A DNA stretch of 47,173 nucleotides from positions 29,791,480 to 29,838,652 of the forward strand of contig NC_068995.1 of NCBI RefSeq assembly GCF_001194135.2, given 5' to 3'. Both the position numbers and the translations under genes were made by a program. Below, piece by piece: positions 38,191-47,173 of this stretch (position 1 is its first letter; every line of letters begins with the position of its first letter). The notes beneath the pieces were generated by a model. That model saw only the letters and a list, made by a program, of their open reading frames with translations, did not search any database and had not been told where the DNA came from. Source of the stretch: Octopus bimaculoides. Taxonomy: Eukaryota.

Positions 38191-38523
38191 TTATGTTTGA
38201 TACATACATATATACATACCAACATATATCTACATACATATCCCCCTACCTCCCTTCCTCATGTATCAACAACACACTCTGAAAACATAATATTATAGTA
38301 GATCGAGATTGAGCCAACAAGTAAGCCTCCATGGATTGACTGTCCTGTTAGGATTAACTATGAATTTCCCTCAAACGTTGGATAATGTAGTCTAAAGTTC
38401 ACAATGCCTGAGATAAAATAGGGTGGTCATAATTGAAATGCATCATAAGCCTGCTCAATAAGGGTTGACCAGAGCTCAACAATAACATGTAAGTCCTTTG
38501 AATGGCATATTACATTACAAATG

Positions 38524-38930
38524 TACTCTTTTACTCTTTTACTTGTTTCAGTCATTTGACTGCAGCCATGCTGGAGCACCGCCTTTAGTCGAGCAAATCG
38601 ACCCCTGGACTTATTCTTTGGAAGCCTAGTACTTATTCTATCGGTATCTTTTGCCGAATCGCTAAGTTACGGGGACATAAACACACCACCATCGGTTGTC
38701 AAGTGATGTTGGGGGGACAAACAGATGCACAAACACATGCATACACATATATATATATACATATATACGACAGGCTTCTTTCAGTTTCCGTCTACCAAAT
38801 CCACTCACAAAGCTTTGGTCGGCCCGAGGCTATGGTAGAAGACACTTGCCCAAGGTGCCACGCAGTGGGAGTGAACCCGGAACCATGTGGTTGGTAAGCA
38901 AGCTACTTACCACACAGCCACTCCTGCACC
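38524..38930 (-). mobile_element. Full-length tRNA-head SINE (CORE-like ccttgggcaag), family C
   Basis: Head ggtgcaggagtggctgtgtggtaag...ggttccgggttcactccc with A/B-box-like motifs, CORE-like segment, internal (TA)/(TG), tail aaacaagtaaaagagtaaaagag. Confidence 0.85.
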
Positions 38931-40679
38931 TACTGTGTATATTAATTCATTTGTTCATGAAGGAGTGGATATAAAGACAAAGTTTTTATGTATAAAAGAA
39001 TGATGTTTGATATAACTGATTTTTGAAGCAAAGTTACAATTGATATGGTGTATCAATATATCAGTCCAGTTAGGTAGCTGGAGTTCTACAAGAAGAGTAC
39101 TTTCTTATTTTGGAATACAGATGCATGCAGAAGCAACCCAATCACTGTATCAGTAGTTTGAAATATAGTAAAAATGTGTTTAGGAAAATCATACAGGATC
39201 AATATTATAAAGACACTTCTGTCATTATCATCATTTAACATGTGTTGTCCATGCTGGCATGGTTTGGACAGTACCAGTATGAAAGATGTTTTTTAATGAT
39301 GATGATGATGATGATGATGATGAATCCTGCCAAAATCAATTTTTCTTTTTATCATTTTGTGGTCAATGAAATAAAGAACCAGTGAAATACTGCAATTGCT
39401 ATAGACTAAACCCTACTCCCTTAATTTCAGCTTTGTGCCTATGTTAGAAATTAATACTAAATAAATGAAAATTTTAATCAGTAGCCTTCTAACATTTACT
39501 CATTTTGCAATATCTTAGTATTCTCTACCACTCTTCACTTTGTTATATGAAATCTAAGTTTCCAGCTTTGCAAAGATATTCTCTATATAGGCACTTGAAA
39601 TGTTACAAACAGCAGACAGGTCCTTCTTAAATTACACAATACCATTTTAAAAAAAGGAAAGACACATTATGCTTTTGATAAATAAGTTTGCTGGCTTAGG
39701 GCTTAGCAACAATAACAACAGCTAAGGTCATCATTAGTTTTCGTAATTCCATAAAGTTGTTTGCAACAAAACAACATTAGCAACATGAGTAAAAACATAC
39801 GTTTGATACCATTAAAGCAGTTTGGATTTTCCAAAATGACTAATTGTATTATATCAGCTGCATGGTTAGAACTTTTGATTATGCCCTGTTACTTAGAAAC
39901 TGGTGGGCTGGTTGAGAAAGATTTAACTGATAAATAAAGTTCTCTTGAAATAATTTATTCTAAACTGTGAAGCTGCACAGATTTAAACGTCCATGAGAAT
40001 GGAATTTATTTTTTAATTATTCTTTCCACTGTATTTGTACCATTAATTAATATGTAGGATGTTATTCTGATGTTAATAACACATGTTTATATTACAATCA
40101 AACTATCAACAATTAATTCCATTGAAAATTATCTGATCAAAATGTATGGGTGTGTAAAGAATGGAGGGAGCAGGTACCTAGAGATTTGAAGAGTTGCAAT
40201 GTCCAAGTTGCATTGAATCATTTTGAACTGTTCATGCTATGAATGGTCTACAGTAGTATGCTAGGAGCTTGCTAAAGGCTTTTCAGTTCAGTGGTGGCTG
40301 ACTCCAAGATGTAGCATTCACTTGTCATGAAAGCTACATCCTGGAGCAAACAGCATGCAAACAAGACCAAAGAAAAACCATTTGCTGGTTCTTTCTTGTC
40401 TTATTCTTGAAATGTTGCACATGTTGATCAAATAAGCCAATTCATTCTGAACTGTGCTTTGATTAGGACAACTCCATTGCTATTCAGTTTTCTACTCACT
40501 TTTTGGGGGTCACAAAAAGATTTCTTTGTTCTCTGGATCACTGTTCTTGATAAGAAACTCAGAGTAGTAATCAAATGACTCATCAGCTTCAAACAAATAT
40601 TCTCTACTATGTGCACATTTGTTGTACATCTGTGCATTTTATATGTGTGATAGACACTGGTGTGGCCTATTATAAGCAT

Positions 40680-40830
40680 AGGTATGACTGAGTAGTTAAG
40701 AAGTTTGCTTCAGAGCCACATGCATGTTACTGTAAGTCATTGGGTCAGGTTTTGACTATGGCTTCAAGATGACCAATGCCTTATGAGTGAAATTTATAGA
40801 TGGAGACAGTAGGGAGCCAATCATATACAT
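40680..40830 (+). mobile_element. Old family C SINE head
   Basis: Diverged match to the family C head and the gatggagacagtagggagcc segment. Confidence 0.5.
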
Positions 40831-41077
40831 GTGTGTGTTTGTATCTTCCCTTTGAAATGGCATTGTTTGCATGCTACACGAAAAGAAGATTACCATCCAT
40901 ACAAACAGTATCATTATTTACAACCTACTATGAAAGCATATTCAGCCTTTGGGCTGTTTGTTGATCACACAAACATATTCACACACATGCATGCACACAC
41001 GCACACACACACCCACACGCACACACATCTCTGTATATGTAAATAACCATTGTTTTTCTTTTCCGTTTTTTTTTCAG

Positions 41078-41153
41078 GTTAAGAAGGAAAATTATAAAGC
41101 AGCTTTGAGTCACTATGAAGGGTCTTTGGAGGTCTTATTGAAAATATTAAAAA
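41078..41153 (+). CDS. ULK3: ULK3-like exon D (MIT2 helix 2), 76 nt, phase 0 to 1
   Basis: Long T tract ending ttcag| and donor AAAA|gtgagc. Translates VKKENYKAALSHYEGSLEVLLKILK, comparable to DALDLYQHSLGELLLLLA in ULK3 MIT2. Confidence 0.85.
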
Positions 41154-42190
41154 GTGAGCTATTTCTTGTTGTTATTGCTATTTTGGGGTGCATTTGGTGT
41201 ATTTCCTGGTTGCTGTAAGAAACTTGTTATGAATAGAAAAGATAAAGTATGTCAATAACCAATGAGAAATGGACATAATAGCATTCTCTCGATTCCCTCA
41301 TACAACAACTGCTACCAAAATAAAAGAACTGAGAAAAGTTAGGGTTTCAAATAAATCTTGAATAATTTGTAAAGGAATTATAAACTCCTAAGTAAAAATG
41401 TTAAACCTAGTGGATATTCATATTTTCAATCCTCATCCTCCTCAATATCATCATCATTGTTTGTTTTTCCATGCTAGCCCACACAATAATAGGGAATAGC
41501 TTGTTAACTCTGTGATGTATATCATTATTTTTGGCATGGTTTTTATTGTTGGCTGTCCTTCTTATCACCAACAACTTAACATGACATGGACTGGGTGCTA
41601 TTTTAACTTACTACAGACTCTAGAGTTGACCTTGTCAAAACTATAGAGCCCCTTTTACTGCATGTTACTTTTGTTCATTTTGGTATGACTTTTATTGCTG
41701 GATGCCCTTCCTAACACAAACCCCTTTATAATGTGGATTAAGTAAGTTTTGCTGTACTAATATATATCTGTCCCTCACCATTTCTGCCCAAGAGTCACTA
41801 ACAACATGCTATATTAAACCCAAGTGAAACAGGGTTTATTTAATGAGATATGCCTTGTAAAATCACTTGATGAAGCACTTCTGCACCAAAGAATGCACCA
41901 CAACCAGTTGTAGTGTTCCACCCACAAGGGATTGATGCAAGATGGGTTGAAACATTCATTGTTAGCAATAAAGTTTATCATCTATTCCATTTTCCATCTC
42001 TACCATTTGTTATATGTAAGCAGCATGTTTAAAATATCTTCAATCAAGGATCGAAAAACAGACCACAGGCTGTGTTTGGTAGCAGTTTACTTCTCTTTAT
42101 TTGAAAGTGTTCATCATTTATATGGTTGCTAAATGTAGAGAGTGCATGGGAGCAGGAGGGCCTGCCTAATGTGGACCCAATAGAGGGACT

Positions 42191-42325
42191 CATCATCATC
42201 ATCATCATCATTTAACACCCTCCTTCCATGCTGGCATGGATTGGATGGTTTGACAGGAGCTGGCTAGACAAGAGCCTGCATACTTCTGTGTCTGTTTTGG
42301 CATGGTTTTTATGGCTGGATGTCCT
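42191..42325 (-). mobile_element. RTE tail copy abutting the 5' end of the 42326 LINE
   Basis: (CAT)n-ttaacaccctccttccatgctggcatgg...gctggatgtcctt. Confidence 0.7.
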
Positions 42326-44126
42326 TGGCTATTCAAATCGACAGTAACCTAGCAGATTGAACAATTAAGGATGTGAAGACAAGGAAAGCCCCCAGCCTAT
42401 CGGAAATCACTGCTGAGATGCTTTGAATATCTGGCAGAGTGGGATATCACCTAGTCACCCATATAGTTAATCAGGTTGTCCATGAGGGAGTCGTACCCAA
42501 CAATTGGTGTAACAGCATTATAGTCAACTGCTACAAAGGCAAAGGTGATGGCTTAGACAGAAATAATTACAGAGGCATCAAATTGCTGGACCAGGTGATG
42601 AAAATCACAGAAAAGGGTCATAACTCTATTAATTAGGAAGAGAGTTAACCTAGATGAGATGCTGTTTGGGTTTGTGCCTGATAGAAGCATCACCGTCTTC
42701 CTGAGGAGATGTACTTGGCCGAAAATGAACCTCTGTATCTGGCTTTTGTTGACATGGAGAAAGCCTTTTACAGGGTTGCTCTCTTCCTTACCTGGTGGTC
42801 AATGTGGAAGCTAAGGATAGATGAGTGTTTAATGAGAACTGGAAAAGCCATGTACAGGGATGCTGTCAGTAAGGTGCATGTAGCCAATGAGTATAGTAAG
42901 GAATTTAGTGTACTGGTAGGAGTCCACCAGGGATTGGTTCTCAGCCCCTAGAGGAATTTCAGACTGGCTGCCCTTGGGAGCTTCTCTATATCAGTGGCCT
43001 TTTTCTTATTGAAGGATCACAACCAGAACTAGAGAAGAAATTTCAGGTATGGAAGCAAGGTCTGGAATCAAAGGACCTTAGAGTTAATTTAGCAAAGACC
43101 AAAGTCCTAATAAGTAGGAAAACAGACAAATCAGAGATCCCTTCAGGGAGATGACCCTGCTCAATATGTAGAAAAGATGTCAGGAGAAACTCCATTCAGA
43201 GTACCCAGTGCAAGCTATGGACACATAAGAGGTGCAGCAGTATCACTGGAAGACTAACAGAGAAAATAGTCTTTACATGTGGCAGATGTGAAAGTACATT
43301 AAACACTAGGAATGTACAAAAGTAAACTCCCTCAAATGTCAAGAAGATCCTTAGAAGTAGTAGACAGTTTTCATTACTTAGGTGATTGGGTTAGCAGTAG
43401 AGGAGGTTGTTTTGAAAGTATATCTGCTAAAACAGGAATAGGCTAGGCAAAGTTCAGAGAGCTATTACCTGTTAGTAATGAAGGGCCTCACCCTCAAGGG
43501 AAAGGCAAGGTTGTATGATGACTGTGTATGAACAGCTATGCTACATGGCAGTGAGACATGGGCTGTAGCTACTGAGGATATGCAAAGGCTTAATAGAAAT
43601 GAAGCCAGTATGCTCTGCTGGATGGGTAATGTCAGTGTGCATATATAACAGAGTTTAAATAATTTGAGAGAAAAACTGGGTTTACGAGGCATCAGATGTA
43701 GTGTGCAAAAGAAAAGACTGCACGGGTACAGTCATGTAATGCATAGGATAGATGCATCAAGAAGTGTTGATCTCTAACTGTGGAGGGAACATGTAGAAAG
43801 AGTAGACCCAGGAAGATGTAGGGTGAAGTGGTGAGAAAGGATCTTCAGATGTTGGGCCTCACAGAGGGGATGACAAGGGACTGTGATTCCTGGCAGTTTG
43901 CTAAGTAAAAGCATAGTTGTCCTTGCATACAGGCATGTCCCCTGCATTCCTCTTCTGCTGAGTGATCCTAATCTTGCAGGCTTGTGAGTGATGGTGCCAC
44001 ATAAAAAGTATCCACACTGGTGCCATGTAAAAGTACCTGTGCTTTTACACAGGTAAAAGCGTGTTTAGCAGGCGAACTGTTCAACCCATACCAGCATGGA
44101 AAATGGACGTTAAATGATGATGATGA
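42326..44126 (+). mobile_element. RTE-clade LINE, 5'-truncated (RT, PHD-like module, C-terminus, tail)
   Basis: NSIIVNCYKGKGDGLDRNNYRGIKLLDQVMK, YLAFVDMEKAF, GVHQGLVLSP, FHYLGD, MLHGSETWAV, then ...ccagcatggaaaatggacgttaaatgatgatg tail. Confidence 0.9.
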
Positions 44127-45094
44127 GGTACATGCATATGTAAATGTAAATCTTTTTAGTGTCAACGGTGTTCTTATACATTTTAGTTAAAAACTATCCT
44201 GTTGTGTCTGTAGTATCATTACCGATTCTCTCTACTATTGTTGTTTATCCCTCTTTTTTTTTCTTTTTTAAGCATCAGCTATCCACTATCAACATTATCA
44301 AATGTAATCTTAGATATGATCATTTTTAAGATGGTAGGATATAATTTAAGGGAAACTTGGCTGCAAAGTCTATCAGGTCAAGTGTCTAATCAGAGGTTCC
44401 TTCTTATGTATGAAAACAGATACACTTCAATTCCCCAAGAAGGGGTTATTTCTGAGATTAATGGAAAAAAATTACCAAATATCTTTAGTATTTCTGACCA
44501 TCTGACTAACGTATTTTTTAATTTTGTGCATGAGAGCACTGTACTACCAAGAAAGTAGAATGCTTCCATTGCATTTATTTAGAATCTTTTATTTAATTAT
44601 TCTAAGAAGTATACTGAGGGTACATAGACTGAATGAAGAAAAGTTGAAGTAAAGATCTTAGGATAGCATTGTAACAATATTTTCAGCATTAACATTATGT
44701 TCCTAAGTGTTTTATTGATGGTTGAACATGTAGCTGTGGGAAATATACTGTCCTAAAACAGAGTTAGGCTAAGCTTGTGCTAATGAGGACTCTGCTGTTA
44801 AGAGGGAGACAGTGTGAATGTACTACAGTAGGGACTACATTATCCAATGTGTCCTTCATTTGAGGCAGTACAGTATGAGTTGAAAAAGATTTAGCTGCTA
44901 TTTCTGGCAGGACAGCAAATATTGACTCATGCTGAGAGTTATGTGGTGATTATGTAGAAGAATTGTGTGGTGTGTTAGGGTGGGGGTGGTGATTTTTGTA
45001 ATTATGTTAATGTTTTGTTATTGGTATGGTTGTGTTGGCAATGATGTTTGCATTAGAAACAGAGGAGGCTGGGAGTAAATGAGAGAGAGGGAGA

Positions 45095-45140
<46 letters not shown>

Positions 45141-45664
45141 TTGATTGATCTGGATAAAAACTCTGCTGACACAAGGATCTGATTAACTTTCTTAGGAAAT
45201 TATTTTTTGTAACAAGATCTCAAGGATTATTACTATTAGTCACAGCAGGAAATTTAGGCTATCATATTTTGATCAAATGTTAATCCATTAATTAACAATT
45301 TGAAATATATAAATGAGATAAATAAACAAGTAAATTACTTAATAAATCAGAATTAGAAAAAAGCAAGAGAAAACTTTTTTCATATACCAAGAAATTTGGG
45401 AAAATATATATTTTATCATTTCTTTTAAAATTTGTGAGAAGTATTCATTTACATTGCTAATGTGTGAGTGTTTATATATAATTAAATATATATATCAATA
45501 TGTTTATTCATACAAAGATATTTATATACATATATGTGTTTATATATGCACACATGTGCTTTTAATTTCAATTGCCATAATGACATTTCAAAAACACTTC
45601 AAATATATTTTTTGTAATAGTAACAATATTAACACAACTAATAATAATCATGATGATGATGAGA

Positions 45665-45990
45665 TAGTCTCCCTGTTTCCCTCCCTTACTCTGGGTGACC
45701 CATTCAGCCTCACTAGTCTCACCACTCATACCCACCTATTGTTAAACACACTAGAAAGCAGCATCTGCCTCTCTACTCTTACCTTCCTCTTCAAGTATTA
45801 CTTCAAGAAGTTGATCAGAGCCTGGCTGGAGAGGAAAATGTCTGTCTTCACACCTTTCAGACAAGTTTACCACACCACTTCTTTCACCATAGCTACCAGC
45901 AATCTATGTCTTGTGCAGGAGTTCACCATGTCTACCACGTCCAACAATTATGGCAAACTGTTGAGGCAGGCATTAAAGTGCTCCCTTTAG
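45665..45990 (-). mobile_element. Second Tx1 ORF2 C-terminal fragment
   Basis: Minus strand LINFLK*YLKRKVRVERQMLLSSVFNNRWV, homologous to the end of ORF2 at 8509-8700. Confidence 0.75.
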
Positions 45991-46930
45991 CCTGTCATTC
46001 ATCAAGAACTGCTTTGTAAAACGCTGCTAGAAAACCACATTCAACTATTTGAAATTAGAGGGTATGCACTCATTGGCGCTCATCATAGACTGGATTTGGG
46101 CTTTGTTACCATGCTACACTTCTCTGCCCAGGCCTATCCAATGAATTTCAAGTCCTCATTTTTTTTTTTTTTAGTGCATGCACTTTAGCATAGACACTGC
46201 ATCTGTATATCAGGCTGGGGTAAATATGTATTTACATCGTTGCAATTCATATACATCAACAGAATGAAGAAAGCAAAGGTAAACAAAAGGGAATAGAGGG
46301 AAAGAAAGTGTAAGGAACAAGCAGGAAGAAGAAAATGTTCAATAATTTTGTAGTCTTACATTTTAGTTAGGTTCAAAGTTCAGTGAATCCGTCCTTCTCA
46401 TCTATCATACAACGGATTCACACAAGTACGTCCAAAGTTCATAAATAAACAGACTTCCATAGGTCAAATTCACATACATCAATGGCCATTTTGGGAGCTC
46501 ACCACTGTGGTTCAATTGCACTAAAGTGTATCACAGCGATGACCTCCTCATCAGGGTGAACATGAAACAGGAAACACAAAACAAAACAAAATGTGAGGAG
46601 AGTAAAATGACTTTTTTCAAATATTTTTAATCATTTGATAAAACTTTTTTAGTCATTGGATATTTATTTTATCTTTGTCTATTTTTTGGTAGTTTACAAA
46701 TTTTTAGTCATTTTGATAGGCCATTCTATTTGTATTTCATTTTATTCAGATATATATTTTTACCTTCTGTGTTTTTATGTATATGTATTTTTTATGAGTT
46801 TAAGAACCATGGTGATATTTTTATATGTGATTAAATGTTTGAGGTATTGTGTTATATATAAAGTTGTTGACTCAAATTCAATGTTTGTTCTATAACCAAT
46901 GTTTCTTTATATATATATATATATATATAT

Positions 46931-47173
46931 CATCATCATCATCATCATCATCGTTTAACGTCCGCTTTCCATGCTAGCATGGGTTGGACGATTTGACTGA
47001 GGACTGGTGAAACCGGATGGCAACACCAGGCTCCAATCTAATTTGGCAGAGTTTCTACAGCTGGATGCCCTTCCTAACGCCAACCACTCAGAGAGTGTAG
47101 TGGGTGCTTTTACGTGTCACCCGCACGAAAACGGCCACGCTCGAAATGGTGTCTTTTATGTGCCACCCGCACA
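46931..47173 (-). mobile_element. RTE tail copy running off the window end
   Basis: Near-consensus family A after (TA)n(CAT)n. Confidence 0.9.

Noticed and set aside
45454-45990. 178-aa plus-strand ORF (also 14191-14754 and 32170-32631)
   Set aside because: Made of microsatellite-derived low complexity and antisense TE sequence; no homology or splice support.
46480-46580. CTGATGAG on the minus strand (also ctgatga at ~12210+ and ~34135-) as hammerhead ribozyme cores
   Set aside because: No correctly placed GAAA with pairing stems II and III.

Overview
Eukaryotic, AT-rich, repeat-dense window with four assembly gaps. The repeat families (RTE-type tails reading catcatcatcgtttaacgtcc, tRNA/CORE-type SINEs, TA/CA microsatellites) resemble those of Octopus genomes; the taxon is inferred, not proven. 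The only host gene I can support is on the + strand: four short exons (20995-21035, 33336-33474, 35149-35216, 41078-41153). They splice in frame across GT-AG introns and encode the end of one MIT domain, a linker and the start of a second MIT domain, best matching the C-terminal tandem-MIT region of ULK3. The kinase exons and last exons were not found. Most of the remainder is intronic transposon sequence: a near full-length Tx1-type LINE (8224-13841, -) bracketed by (AAT)n/(ATG)n microsatellites, two Ty3/gypsy remnants, several RTE LINE remnants and many RTE 3' tails, a Helitron 3' end, two hAT MITEs with TSDs, two long-TIR foldback elements and several SINE families. Almost all ORFs in the supplied track are spurious (gaps, microsatellites) or decayed TE fragments. 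The best leads are a possibly (AAT)n-targeting Tx1 lineage, an inverted-repeat-bracketed in-frame exon pair (circRNA/skipping geometry), a PHD-like finger inside the RTE reverse transcriptase, and an unclassified ~290-bp-TIR transposon.
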